Below are positions 23,971 through 40,239 of a stretch of DNA of 64,000 nucleotides, in pieces. The stretch's first letter is position 1. Every line of letters begins with the position of its first letter. Source of the stretch: Eledone cirrhosa (taxonomy: Eukaryota). The stretch is from NCBI GenBank assembly GCA_964016885.1, contig OZ024764.1:6572001-6636000 (forward strand), given 5' to 3'. Both the position numbers and the translations under genes were made by a program. The notes beneath the pieces are model-generated. The model saw only the letters and a program-made list of their open reading frames with translations. It had not been told where the DNA came from and did not search any database.

Positions 23971-24249
23971 GTGTTATGACACAGTCATGTCATACCTTTC
24001 CATTGCATAGTGTCATATGACAAAGCTCATATCATGTTGTTGTTGCTCATCATATCTTCTATGACACCCCATGTCCTATTTGCAGTACAAGAAGCTCAAC
24101 ATGCTCCAGCAATCCTTAACCCTTAATGTCCTCTACCACATGAAATTGCATTAGCAAGACATTCTTGAAAATTAACAAACAGCACTATGACTGCATTAAC
24201 CCTTTAGTATTTACATTACTCTATATATATTATTGTATTTTCACAGTAA

Positions 24250-24965
24250 AGGCTTTACCTGTAATACTGTAAATGTTCACAACAATCTGTCCACTAGTAA
24301 AGATACTATAAACATTTAGTACAAAACAACACTATGACTACATCACATTAAATATTAAAGTCTTTACTGTAATACTGTAAATATTCACAACAATCTGTCC
24401 ACCAGTAAAGATACTATAAACATTTAGTACAAAACAACACTATGACTACATCACATTAAATATTAAAGTCTTTACTGTAATACTGTAAATGTTCACAACA
24501 ATCTGTCCACCAGTAAAGATACTATAAACATTTAGTACAAAACAACACTATGACTACATCACATTAAATATTAAAGTCTTTACTGTAATACTGTAAATTT
24601 TCACAACAATCTGTCCACCAGTAAAGATACTATAAACATTTAGTACAAAACAACACTATGACTACATCACATTAAATATTAAAGTCTTTACTGTAATACT
24701 GTAAATGTTCACAACAATCTGTCCACCAGTAAAGATACTATAAACATTTAGTACAAAACAACACTATGACTACATCACATTAAATATTAAAGTCTTTACT
24801 GTAATACTGTAAATTTTCACAACAATCTGTCCACCAGTAAAGATACTATAAACATTTAGTACAAAACAACACTATGACTACATCACATTAAATATTAAAG
24901 TCTTTACTGTAATACTGTAAATTTTCACAACAATCTGTCCACCAGTAAAGATACTATAAACATTT
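24250..24965. repeat. 108-bp tandem repeat (about 6.5 copies) starting inside a truncated piggyBac-like MITE at 24200
   Basis: tctttactgt at 24361, 24469 and so on to 24901. Confidence 0.92.
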
Positions 24966-25148
24966 GAATTAACGAACTTGTTCATACATTTTCAATATTA
25001 TTTTTGTATTATGTTGTATATATTTTTTCTATCATATGTTATATATTGTGCTTATATATATATTTTACCAAGTTATATATTGTTCTATATTTATATCATA
25101 TTATACTATGCTATATATTATATTGTGAATATATATATATATATATAT

Positions 25149-25209
25149 GGTCGTCAAGTAAGAAATTTGTAGAAAACACAAATTTCTACAAATTTCATAC
25201 TTGACTACC
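25149..25209. repeat. Small hairpin element with 27-bp arms between (TA)n tracts
   Basis: ggtcgtcaagtaagaaatttgtagaaa ... tttctacaaatttcatacttgactacc. Confidence 0.75.
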
Positions 25210-25672
25210 CAATATATATATATATATATATATAATATCATGCTATGCTTTATATTATGTTCTCTCTCTATATATATTTTATGTTTTGTATTTATATGAT
25301 ATTATTCTATGCTATATATTATATTGTGCATGTGTGTATATATATTATACTATGCTAGATATTTTATTGTGTGTGTGTATATATATATATATATTATTCT
25401 ATGCTATATATTATGATTTGTATCGTACTATGCTTATATATTATCTTCTATAGATTATTATTATTATTATTATTTTATATATATATATGAGTGTTGTAGC
25501 TTGCTTGAAGCATTGTGGGATATGAAAAGTGGTTATGTCTTGGAAGCCTTTAAAATGCATCTTCAAGGTTCACACTGGACCCTTTGATAATGGATCATAT
25601 ATTTGAAATATATAGGGCCTAATGAATATTTCCAAGCTAACATTATCTCTTCTTCCAATTTTGTTGCCATAA

Positions 25673-25891
25673 CCCTTTAGCATTTCCATTAATCTACATT
25701 TACTTTGTATTTTCACCAAAACCCTTTACCTCACATAATTATCTCACATAATATCGAATCTATGAGATGTTTATATTATTTATTTTGAGAACAATACCTT
25801 AACATAAGTATGAGCAGCCAGTTATGGCTGGTTTGAACAGAAAGGGGTGAGATAATTTTGGCCAGATAGAGCTGGTTTAAATGCTAAAGGG
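25673..25891. mobile_element. piggyBac-like MITE (family 1)
   Basis: TIRs CCCTTTAGCATTT / AAATGCTAAAGGG with (a)taa / ttaa flanks. Confidence 0.8.
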
Positions 25892-25946
25892 TTAACATTT
25901 ACAACTACATGCATTGTAGTGGTTCCCTGGACTTAACCACTTAACT

Positions 25947-25983
<37 letters not shown>

Positions 25984-26088
25984 TTATGTACACTTGTATA
26001 TATATGTGTGTGTATATTTATGTATATTCATGATGTTCGTCATTATACTTATTACATTTAATTTTCCTTATATATATATATATATTTT

Positions 26089-26148
<60 letters not shown>

Positions 26149-26163
26149 AAAATATATATATAT

Positions 26164-26216
<53 letters not shown>

Positions 26217-26328
26217 TATATATATATATTTTTATATATATATATATATATTTTTATATATATATTTATATATATATTTATATATAAATATATGTATATA
26301 TTTATATATATATATATATGTATATATT

Positions 26329-26361
<33 letters not shown>

Positions 26362-26362
26362 T

Positions 26363-26393
<31 letters not shown>

Positions 26394-26584
26394 TTATATT
26401 TATATATATATATGTATATATTTATATTTATATATATATATGTATGTATATATATATTTATATTTTTATATATATACACGTGTGTTGTTTTCCAGTATTA
26501 TGTCAACTTTGTGATAAACTTTTAACTCATTTCCCTATTTTTTTTTATTTCTCTCTCTATCTTTTGTTTCGTTGTTTGTTGCAG

Positions 26585-27165
26585 CAAGAAGACGCAGAAG
26601 CAGCATCGATGACCGCTGTTTCGATGCACCGTCTGCACCGAAACGCCCGCGAATATTCTTTACGGAAGAGCAGAAGGAGATTCTCCGTCAGGCGTATGCG
26701 CAAGACCCTTACCCCAACCAGACCACCATCGAAGTTTTGGCAAACGAGCTTAACGTCGGCGTGAAAACTGTCATTAATTGGTTTCACAACCACCGTATGC
26801 GCGCCAAACAGCAACAACATCCTGTGAACAGCAACTCAAATTCACAGCCAGACGGTTCGTTTAGCGTGAAAACCGAACCAAATGAAGATAGTTCGAACCA
26901 CAGCGAAAGCTCAATCGTGTCCGAGGCAACCCCCGAGCGTAGCAGCAGCGACGGAGGTCAACAGTGGATCTTTCCCAAATTCGAACCGATCCAGAGGAAG
27001 TTGTCGTCAGAGAATTCGGTGGAAGCCGAAGAGGTCGGTGGCGTCGGTGGTGGAGCTACTAAAGAGAAAGGGAGCGAGGAATCGTGCCAGAACCCGAATA
27101 TTTCCGTCAGCAAACCTACACCACCTCCTCCTACCTCCTCTAAACTAAATAACAATAATAACAAC

Positions 27166-27202
<37 letters not shown>

Positions 27203-27645
27203 GCGGCGGCGGTGGCAGCACCAGTGGTGGTGGTGGCGGTGGTGGTGGTGGTGGTGGTGGTGGTTCAACGTCCAGTACCACATCTGTTAACAAGAGGAAG
27301 AGAGCTAACCCTCAGTGGGTGTTTGAAGGGACCCAACTGGACAAAACGCAGAACCACGAGAAGAACAAGCAGCAGATGCTGCTGCACGGTGCGGACGCCA
27401 TTTGCCAGCGGGGGGTGGGGGCCGGCCTGGAAGACGGCTTGAAGGGGGAGGAGGAGGCTGAGGAGGAGGAGTTTGAAGAGACGACGTCATCGGCTGCGTT
27501 TTCTGACCGAGCCAGTAAAATACAGAAGCTACAAAAACGTATCTCGTCTGCGGACGAGGACTGGGAGGAGTTTGATAGACTTGCGAGTATCGAGAAGATC
27601 CAGAAGAATCTCAGCTCTAGCCAAGATGATACGTGGGAGTTTTGA
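26585..27645 (+). CDS. cut: Terminal coding exon of a cut/CUX homeobox transcription factor (homeodomain plus C-terminal tail); upstream CUT-domain exons are not in the window
   Basis: [58 protein letters not shown] is a Cut-class homeodomain (WFHNHRMR, as in Drosophila Cut). The exon also has a [10 protein letters not shown] motif and a ...WEF* terminus like vertebrate CUX1. A long polypyrimidine tract and ttgcag acceptor end at 26584 (phase 1). The stop is TGA at 27643-27645. The TTG start in the ORF track is intronic. Confidence 0.93.
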
Positions 27646-27873
27646 GGTCCTTAAAAACAAAAAAAAATTTCAAAAAAACGTTGGATTATATATTTTTTTC
27701 TGTTTTCAAAACTTTACACACCTGGAAAACCCACTCCTGATTTTCCGCTGTGGATATATGTATACAACGCATACATGGTGCTGTTTGTGTGTGCGTGTGT
27801 GTATGTATGTATGTATGTGTATGTGTGTGTACTTTGTATGTATATGCATACATGCATCTATGAATGTGTGATG

Positions 27874-27923
<50 letters not shown>

Positions 27924-28020
27924 ATATTTACGTACATGTATCTCTGAAGATGTGATATATATGCACATACAAATACATACATATACATATATGTATATAT
28001 ATATATATACATATATATAT

Positions 28021-28051
<31 letters not shown>

Positions 28052-28098
28052 ATTTTTTATATATACATACATGTATCTATGAAAATTGGATGTATATG

Positions 28099-28134
<36 letters not shown>

Positions 28135-28462
28135 CATACATGCACACTCTCTCTCACACACACACAGACACACTCACATGACAGGTGCTTACATATGTAC
28201 ACAGTTGCGCATACTTCTGTACGAGGACAATGCATGCGTGCGCATCGGTGCCAGTGTATGTTGGCTGAAGTGCACCTCTCTCCATGTACGCTTATATATA
28301 TATTTATGTATATGCGTGTGCATTGATGTATATATATATATGTTTCTGTGTGTGCAGTTAGGTGTGCACACACATGCATGCGCTATATAGTGTATGCCAA
28401 TGATGCATGCACGCACACAACACACACACACACACACGCACACTCACTCAAACACACATATA

Positions 28463-28501
<39 letters not shown>

Positions 28502-28667
28502 TTGTATCTACGCATGTGTGGTATATAAAGATTTGGGCGTTTGTGTATGCATTTGCTTGTGTGTCTACATAATATATATATATATATAATATATATATAT
28601 ATATATAAACACACATATATACACACACGCACATATGCACATTTCTCTCTATATACATACATATTTA

Positions 28668-28698
<31 letters not shown>

Positions 28699-28944
28699 GT
28701 GTGTGTGTGTATATATATATATATATGTGTGCGTGTATATATAAAATATATACATATACACGTGTGTGTGTGTGTTTCTAAATAATTAAGCTTCATATTT
28801 AACGACTATATTTTTATAACCGATAACTTTTGTTCTACTTCACTCTTCCCCCTCTCTCATCCCTTCACACTCACACTCACACTCACTGACTCAGACCAGA
28901 AGATTATTGTTGAACAACAACACGTCCACTTAAGACAATCCTGT

Positions 28945-30775
28945 ACGTATGCTGCCAACACTTAAAACACACTGTTCATACGCTGCCAACACTTACAAAA
29001 CACTGTTCATACCCTGCCAACACTTACAACACACTGTTCATACCCTGCCAACACTTACAACACACTGTTCATACGCTGCCAACACTTACAACACACTGTT
29101 CATGTGCTGCCAACACTTACAACACCCTGTTCATGTGCTGCCAACACTTACAACACACTGTTCACGTGCTGCCAACACTTACAACACACTGTTCATATGC
29201 TGCCAACACTTACAACACACTGTTCATACGCCGCCACACTTACAACACACTTTTCATATGCTGCTACACTTACAACACTCTGTACGTACATTGTGACACT
29301 TACAACACACTGTCCATACATTGTTGCTCTAACAAAACGCTGTCCGTACACTGCTATACTTACAAAATGCTGTACGTACACCATTACACTTACAATACAC
29401 TTATAACATGCTGTACTCTCCTATACATACACTGGCACACTTACAACATGATGTATGTACACTTACAATAAACTTGCAGCATGCTGTAAGAGTTTACTGA
29501 TACACTTACAACAGACTGTACTCTCTGATACGTACACCAATACACTTACAATGTGCTGTACTGTACCCTACGTATACTGATACACTTACAACAGGCTGTA
29601 CTATCCTGTACGTACACTGATACACTTACAACAGGCTGTACTCTCCTGTACGTACACTGATACACTTACAACATGCTGTTACTCTCCTGTATGTACACCA
29701 ATACACTTACAACATGCTGTACTCTCCTGTACGTACACCAATACACTTACAACATGCTGTACTCTCTTGTACGTACACCGATACACTTACAACATGCTGT
29801 ACTCTTGTACGTACACCGATACACTTACAACATGCTGTACTCTCTTGTACGTACACCGATACACTTACAACATGCTGTACTTTACCTAGTTTCCGCTGTG
29901 CTGTCCTCTATGTACCTAATCAACACTATGCGTATACTACTACACTACACCACCTCTACATTCTACTGTCAACCAACACACCACCTCTACACTACACCAA
30001 CACACCAGCTCTACACTACACCAACACACCACCTCTACTGTCCACTACACTACACCAACACACCACCTCTACACTACACCAACACACCAGCTCTACACTA
30101 CACCAACACACCACCTCTACACTACACCAACACACCAGCTCTACACTACACCAACACACCACCTCTACACTACACCAACACACCAGCTCTACACTACACC
30201 AACACACCACATCTACACTACACCAACACACCAGCTCTACTCTACACCAACACACCACCTCTACACTACACCAACACACCAGCTCTACTGTCCACTACAC
30301 TACACCAACACACCAGCTCTACACTACACCAACACACCACCTCTACACTACACCAACACACCACCTCTACACTACACCAACACACCACATCTACACTACA
30401 CCAACACACCACCTCTACACTACACCAACACACCACATCTACACTACACCAACACACCAGCTCTACTCTACACCAACACACCACCTCTACACTACACCAA
30501 CACACCAGCTCTACTGTCCACTACACTACACCAACACACCAGCTCTACACTACACCAACACACCAGCTCTACACTACACCAACACACCACATCTACACTA
30601 CACCAACACACCAGCTCTACACTACACCAACACACCACCTCTACACTACACCAACACACCAGCTCTACTGTCCACTACACTACCAACACACCACCTCTAC
30701 TGTCCACTACACTACACCAACACACCACCTCTACTGTCCACTACACTACACCAACACACCAGCTCTACTGTCCTC
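28945..30775. repeat. Successive 31-bp, 40-bp and 24-bp minisatellites downstream of the cut stop
   Basis: Units gctgccaacacttacaacacactgttcatat; tacacttacaacatgctgtactctcctgtacgtacaccga; acactacaccaacacaccagctct. Confidence 0.9.
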
Positions 30776-31169
30776 TACACCGTACACTTATGTTACTTTA
30801 TATTTCTGCCGACTCATTTCACACTCTTTGGTTGCCATTTTCTTTTGTATTTTAATTTTGTTGGTTGGTTGTTGGCTGTTTTTTTTTTTTTGTTTTTTTT
30901 TTCCGTTTAATTTCACATTTTTTACCACCACCACCACCACCACCACCACCACCACCGCAGCAGCAGCAACAACAACAACAACAACTAGAGGAAGATGAAA
31001 AGAAAGAACATTCAGAGAGGACAAAATGAAAAAAATGTATGTGCGTGTGTGTGTATATATATATATATTGACAGACGATCGACTTTTGTGAAATTGGACC
31101 AAGGAAACAATGTTTCCGCTAGTCTTTCCAATTGCTAATACGATCTATTGGTCGCAACTCCAGGTAGAA

Positions 31170-31285
31170 GGAGCAGCGTGAAATAAAGTGTCTTGCTCAA
31201 GGACATAACGCATCGCCCGGTCCAGGAATCGAACTCACAACCTCACGATTGTGAATCCAATTCTCTAACCACTCAGCCACACGCC
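31170..31285 (-). mobile_element. tRNA-SINE head (CORE-like); related copy at 4205-4345
   Basis: The - strand reads ggcgtgtggctgagtggttagag...gagttcgattcctggacc...ccttgagcaagacacttt. Confidence 0.75.
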
Positions 31286-31395
31286 TTATATTTATATATA
31301 TATATATATATATGAGATTCTACAGGACTACTCTGCTATGTATTGAGTACCTTACTTGCTGTGGTTACCTCCAATTCAACCCGGAATAACTTACC

Positions 31396-31426
<31 letters not shown>

Positions 31427-31737
31427 GTATATATATAACCCATGCTAGCGTGGAAGATAGGCTTTAAACGATGATAATGATGATATATATTACATATATA
31501 TGTATATAATATATATATATATATAATATATATATGTACATTATATATATATATGTGTGTATATGTATATATACACACAGAGACAGCTACAGCTGGCCAT
31601 ACATACACCCTACACAGACACCAGCAGAACGGGCAGACAGACAGACAGACAAGAAAAACTGTAAAACAATCTCCACAAGATGTCAGCTTGATGATATATT
31701 TGTTTTGTAATTTCCCCCCTTTTTTTTTTTTTTACTC

Positions 31738-31778
<41 letters not shown>

Positions 31779-32250
31779 TCAAATATTTCTTGTTTTTTTT
31801 TTTGTTTTTTTTTGTTTTTTTTACAATAATTTTCATTGTCGATTATTATTATTATCATTATTATAATATATTTTTCACCTGCCCCACACCCCCTGTCCCC
31901 CACCGCCACCACCACCTTTTAAAATCTTTTCTACACCTTAAATTTTTCTTTTCTTTACTTTCTCTCTCTCTCTCTCTCCAAGAGAAATGTCGCACAGCAC
32001 CGCACCTCCCGTTGTTTGTTAATGCATGACTGCACCGTCTTCTTCTCCTTTGTGGGTGGGGGGGTTGGGTGGGACGGGAGGGGTTTATCAGGTGGGAAGG
32101 TAGGGGGAGGGGGTTGTTTGCAAAAAGACACAAAAAGATTTTTAAAAAAACAATACAATACAAAACAAAACGCATCTTTATTGCTTTATTGTGACCAACA
32201 TTACTTGTTACGTGAGTGTATAATATATATATATGTATATATATAGATAG

Positions 32251-32294
<44 letters not shown>

Positions 32295-32329
32295 TTATAT
32301 ATACATATATATGTATGTGTGTATATATA

Positions 32330-32403
<74 letters not shown>

Positions 32404-32564
32404 TATATGTGTATATATATATATATATGTGTGTATGTATATATATATATAGGATGTATATATGTGTGTGTATATATAGGATGTGTATATATATATTTAT
32501 GTATAAACATATGCTTATATATATATATATCAATATATATATATTTGTGTGTGTGTATGTATAG

Positions 32565-32720
<156 letters not shown>

Positions 32721-32734
32721 ATACATATATATAC

Positions 32735-32783
<49 letters not shown>

Positions 32784-33047
32784 CACACACTCAGACATCA
32801 GTGGTATATTTTTGTTTTCAATTCCAAACTGCTCCACATTTTTACAAATTGTTACCCCTCCACCCTTACCCTCCTTAGTTGCCATCGGTTACTATATGTT
32901 ATTCTCAACCCTTTCATAAGTTCTTCATCTTCTTCTTCATTTTGTGTATGTATCGCACTTACATGTATATATATATACACACATATATGTATATATATGT
33001 ATATATATGTATATGTATATATATATATGTATATATATATATATACA

Positions 33048-33272
<225 letters not shown>

Positions 33273-33436
33273 GTATATATACATATATATTTATGTATAT
33301 GTATATATACATATATATTTATGTATATGTATGTATATATATACACACATATATATTATAAGCTTTAATTTTTTTTTTAAATTCTATTTTTTAATCTTTT
33401 GATTGAGCCTCATACACACAAATAGAGATGTGTATG

Positions 33437-33473
<37 letters not shown>

Positions 33474-33655
33474 GTATGTGTGTGTGAATATATATATATA
33501 TATATCGTGCGTGTGCATGTTTGAGTCTGTCTCATTGCTTGCATATAGATGTATGTATGTGTGCACATATATATATATATATACATATATGTATATGTAT
33601 ATATATATGTATGTATATATATATATATATATATGTATGTATATGTATGTATGTG

Positions 33656-33687
<32 letters not shown>

Positions 33688-34797
33688 CTTGGTGTGTCTA
33701 TACAGAAATACTACTGTAATCTCACCTCCCTGCTAACACAGGAAACGGTTTGTTGTGGCGGCATTCATCCCTTTCCCGTTGGTTAACTTGGAAGGAACAC
33801 TACAACAACAACAAAAATAAACAAATGAAGAGGAAAAAAATGAAAGGAAAGCGATGAATTTAAGAAGGAAAACGTTGACGAGAAAATGGAGGAAATATTG
33901 AAATAATCATCCAATGTTAAGGAACAACTCCTTCCATCTTTTCAAGCAATGAAAGTTATAGTGTATAATATTTATGTTTTAAACAAAACAGAACACTCTA
34001 TTATATATATATATATATATGTGCATATATATCTATGTATGTATGCATATATATCTATGTATGTATACATATATATCTATGTATGTATGCATATATATCT
34101 ATGTATGTATGCATATAGATATATATATATCCATAAACATATATTTATTTGCATATAAATATATGTATATATATGTATGCATATATATATATATGTATAT
34201 ATATATATATGCATATATATATATATATCCATAAACATATTTATTTGCATATAAATATATGTATATATATGTATGCATATATATATAAATATATTTATTT
34301 ACATATAAATATATTTATTTACATATAAATATATGTATATATATATATACATACAAGCACATAGACACACATATATATATATATATATATATATCATCCG
34401 CCCAAATTTAATGTCTCGTTTATTTTCTATGACAAACAACAATAACCAATTAAAAGCAACAACAGTAACAACAACAGCAACAACAGTAACAACAACAACA
34501 ACAACAACAATTGAAACATAATTAGGAGAAAAAGAATTTTCAATATTTTGATTATGGAGTTTATTAAACAAGAAAAAGATGTTTAAATTCTGAGTTGGCT
34601 AATAATAATAATAATAACATTAAAATGAAGATGTGTATATATATGTATATTTGTGTGTGTATGTATGTATATATATTTATATATATATATATAAATATGT
34701 ATATATATATATGTCTATATATGTATATATATGTATATGTATATATATATATTTATATATATATATATTTATATTTATATATATATATATTTATATT

Positions 34798-34828
<31 letters not shown>

Positions 34829-34831
34829 ATT

Positions 34832-34903
<72 letters not shown>

Positions 34904-35377
34904 TACACATATATATATATATAAATATATATATATACATATATAGACATATATTTATATATATATATATGTCTATATATATATATATGTCTATATATAT
35001 ATACATATCTAAGCATATTTATGTCTGTATAGAGAGAGAAGGAATATAATAGTCTAAAAATATAAAAATGTCACTCTCTCTCTCTTTCTCTCTTCCTCTC
35101 TATTTGGCTTCGATGAAACAGATACTCATACGCATATATACATAAGAACACAGACACACACATACATATATATGCAGTGATAAAATGATGTAGCTATATA
35201 CACTCATACTTATAAACATACACGCACACATATATATCTATCTATCTATATACACTCATACGTATAGACATACGCACACACACACACACAGATATATATA
35301 CACACACACACACTCATACTTGCAGTCATATACACACACATATATATATATATACTCATACTTATACACACACACAC

Positions 35378-35408
<31 letters not shown>

Positions 35409-35568
35409 CAATATCACTGGGCTTAATTTGTTAAACACAACAGCATATTTCTCTTAAAATGTTACTTGTATAATCTTCCTTTGGATTTCCTTCAAGATTA
35501 TACATACATGTCTGTGTTATATATATATATATATACACACACAAATATATATATATATATATATATAT

Positions 35569-35760
35569 AAGTTTTAATATAGATGAGATTCTACAGGACT
35601 AGAACTGTTTCTTTCTTTAGAAATCATCAGATGATTTCTAAAGAATGAAACAGTTCTAGTCCTGTAGAATCTCATCTATATTAAAACTTTTATACTCTGC
35701 TATGTATTGAGTACCTTACTTACTGTGGTTACCTCCGATTCAACCCGGAATAACTTACCT
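35569..35760. mobile_element. Fold-back element (family H) centred on a hammerhead core, with 3' extension; collapsed copy at 31312-31397
   Basis: 35569-35627 is inverted relative to 35631-35689. The - strand reads CTGATGA-tttc-taaa-gaaa-GAAA-cagttctag-TC. Confidence 0.78.
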
Positions 35761-35830
35761 TATATATATATATATATATACATGTTGATATACATATGTA
35801 TGTGCATGTGTGTATATATATATATATATA

Positions 35831-36292
35831 CATCCATAAATATATACACACATCCATAAATGTATATATATAGCTATATATACATCCATAAATATATACA
35901 CACATCCATAAATGTATATATATAGCTATATATACATCCATAAATATATACACACATCCATAAATGTATATATATAGCTATATATACATCCATAAATATA
36001 TACACACATCCATAAATGTATATATATAGCTATATATACATCCATAAATATATACACACATCCATAAATGTATATATATAGCTATATATACATCCATAAA
36101 TATATACACACATCCATAAATGTATATATATAGCTATATATACATCCATAAATATATACACACATCCATAAATGTATATATATAGCTATATATACATCCA
36201 TAAATATATACACACATCCATAAATGTATATATATAGCTATATATACATCCATAAATATATACACACATCCATAAATGTGTATATATAGCTG
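35831..36292. repeat. 52-bp minisatellite, about 9 copies
   Basis: Unit catccataaatatatacacacatccataaatgtatatatatagctatatata. Confidence 0.92.
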
Positions 36293-36739
36293 TCCCTGTA
36301 ACTCCAGAAAAGATGTGATACTGAGACTCTGTTGACTGAAACAAAAATGTTACAGTTTTTTTTAAAATCCTTTTTCTTTGCCTGTTTTGTTTTTGTTAAT
36401 TTTTCTGCTCCTTGCCGTCCATGGCCCACTCCACACCCTCACGCCACATACTCAGGTGTGTAGAAAAAGCATACTCAGGTGTGTAGAAGAAGCATACTCA
36501 GGTGTGTAGAACAAACACACTCAGGTGTGTAGAAGAAAAAAAGAATGACTCTAAAGAATTATTAAGACTTTTTCAAAAAGAACAGAAAAACAAAGACAAT
36601 TGTGTGCATGTATATATATGTATGTGTGTGTGTATATATATACATATGTATGTGTGTATATATATATATATATATACATACATATATATATATACATATA
36701 TATACATATTCTCTGTTTTTGTTCTCTGTTCATTTATTA

Positions 36740-36821
<82 letters not shown>

Positions 36822-37041
36822 CTCCCTCTATATATATATGTTGTATGTATATATATATATATATATCCATATATATATATATGTATATGTGTGTATAGTG
36901 AAAGCCAACAGCGACTGATGTAGACAGATATTTCGAAACAGAGTGTATATATAGATACACAGGCAGGAAGTTGGTGAATACACGCACACATATATGCAGG
37001 TATATATATATATATATATACACGCATATATATATATATAT

Positions 37042-37102
<61 letters not shown>

Positions 37103-37141
37103 TACATATATAGATATATACATATATATATATATACATAT

Positions 37142-37184
<43 letters not shown>

Positions 37185-37495
37185 TGTGTGTAAATATATA
37201 TATATATGTATACACACACATATACATATATATATATATACACACATACACATACATGCCCTGCTGCAGCTACCTGTCCAATATTTACTCCTCGGGTGTT
37301 CCTAAACCCCATCCCACAGCCTCGCTCCCCTCCTGGGTCCGGTGGTGAGTTGGGGCCTGGTTTGGGGTCAGATCAGGTCACATCTTTCCCATTGGTTTAA
37401 AGGATTTTATCCACAATATGATATAAAAACACATGACACACGCACTCACTCACACACACACACACACACACACCAATATGTATCACAACACACAC

Positions 37496-37543
<48 letters not shown>

Positions 37544-37569
37544 CATACATACATATATATATTCATACA

Positions 37570-38088
<519 letters not shown>

Positions 38089-38499
38089 CAAAAAGATTTA
38101 TGCTTGCCACAGTGATTACTCAAATGATTTTTCAGTTTTTTTTTTCTTAAATTATTTTTTTATCATATTGTATAATTATTATTACCATTGCCGATAATGA
38201 TAATTATAATAACTGTAATGATAATAAGAATTATTATTGTTGTTGTCTTGAAATTCTGGGCTTTTTTTTTTTTTTTTTTTTTTTTTTTTTCTCTTCTCTC
38301 TTATCCTGTGTGGCCCTCCCCACTTCCACCACCGCTACCATCACTGTTTTGATGGAGAGGGAATGCTCCCTCCTCTCTCTCTCTCTCCCCCTTTCTCTGC
38401 AATGTTTACCCCCCACCCACCCCCCACCTTCCACACACAACCTTATCATTGTTCTCAAAATCATTGTCATTATTATTATTATTATTATCATCATCATTG

Positions 38500-39390
38500 T
38501 CAATACATCCAAACTACTGGCCTTGTGCCTCAACCAGCAACCATTATTCTTGGCTGAATCGGTAGAGTGTCGTGAGCCAAGCTTTGCAGCATAGAGTTAC
38601 ATCCCTTTACGGTCTGAGTTCAAAATCCGCCGAGGTTAACTTTGCCTTTCATCCTTACGGGGGGGGGGGGGGGTTCGATAAAATAAAGTACCAGTAATAC
38701 ACTGGGGTAATTTGCTGGCCTTGTGCCAAAACTAGAAACAATTGCTATTATTAAAGGCGGGGGATTGGCAGGATCGGTAGAGCCTCAGACGGCGCGCTTT
38801 GCAGCCTAGAGTTAGGTCCCTTTACGCTGTCAGTTCAACTCCTGCTGGTTTATCCTTCCAGGGTCGACATGTTCTGCTAACGTCCCTTAAATTGCTGGCC
38901 TTGTGCCGCCAAAATAACACATCCTGCTCATTATTATTAGTATTAACATCATCATCATCATCGTCATCATCATTTTGGCAGTATCGGTAGAGCATTGGAC
39001 AACATACTTAGCGGCACAGAGTTACGGCCCTTTACGTTCTGAGTTCAAATCCCGCCGAGGTTAGCTTTGCCTTTCATCCTTACGGGGGTCGAGATAAAAT
39101 AAAGTAGCAGTAATACACTGGGGTTGATAAAATAAAGTACCAGTAATACCCGGGGGTTTGATAAAATAAAGTACCAGTAATACCCGGGGGTTTGATAAAA
39201 TAAAGTACCAGTAATACAGTGGGGTTGATAAAATAAAGTAGCAGTAATACAGTGGGGTTGATAAAATAAAGTAGCAGTAATACAGTGGGGTTGATAAAAT
39301 AAAGTACCAGTAAGGCATTGGGGTCGATTTAATTGACTTTCCCCTCCTCTCCCCCCAAAAATTGCTGGTCCTGTGCCTATAGTAGAAGCA
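38500..39390 (+). mobile_element. Cluster of three tRNA-SINEs; the last has its 33-34 bp tail segment amplified about 7 times
   Basis: gataaaataaagta(c/g)cagtaatac...gggtt is repeated across 39093-39312. Confidence 0.82.
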
Positions 39391-40239
39391 ATTATTATTA
39401 TTATTGTCATTATTATTATTATTATTATTGGAATCCTCACTTTTCTCAGCATTTACCTGTGTATATATATATTTACCAACCTTTCAAACCCTCACACTTT
39501 TTTTTCTCTCTCTCGGCTGCCTCCTGCACACAATAATAACAATAATAATAATAATAGTTTCAGTTATTGGCCAGAAGGGCTGACATGTGGAGTACAATAG
39601 ACGGTAGACGGGGACAGTGGGGTGTTATACACAAAAATAGAGTAAAAAATATGTGAAAACCATAACAATAAACTAGAAAATTACAAAGAAGCCACCCAGG
39701 GTTGACTCAGGTTCTCCACCAATCCTGAACTACCCAACATAGGAATATTAATGAGAGCAGACAGATATATAAGGAAAACTCTAGGACTACTAGGCACCAC
39801 ACACTTATTATGGGGAGTACTCAATACAAGGTGCGCTCGGTAATCCAGTGATAACGTGCAAAATAATAATAATAGTAATAATGATTTCTTTATTAGCCAC
39901 ACAGGGTTCGCATTAAGGAAACATTAAAGACAGTCAGGACGATACAGTGTGGGTTTTTTGGGGTGTAAAATAAAATTTATAAAAGAGACTAAGAAAATAA
40001 ACATTTAAAACAAACATAACTACCCCAAATTTGAGGAGACCCTAAGGCTCATTTGTGTAGAAATCCCTCAAAAGCCACGGGTTCCTGTCCGCTAGGGCAA
40101 AGTGCCCTCTCCCAGTCTTTCTACTCCAATCTACAGGTGTATGTTCAAGACAGGCCCGTTCACACAGACCGTGCTCACCGCTCTCACATTTCAACAGACT
40201 GGTTGGAAGGCGGCACTTCCTTCTAATAGTTATAATTAT

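Noticed and set aside
629-24965. CRISPR-like appearance of the regular repeats
   Set aside because: Units are head-to-tail with no unique spacers, there are no cas genes, and the DNA is eukaryotic.
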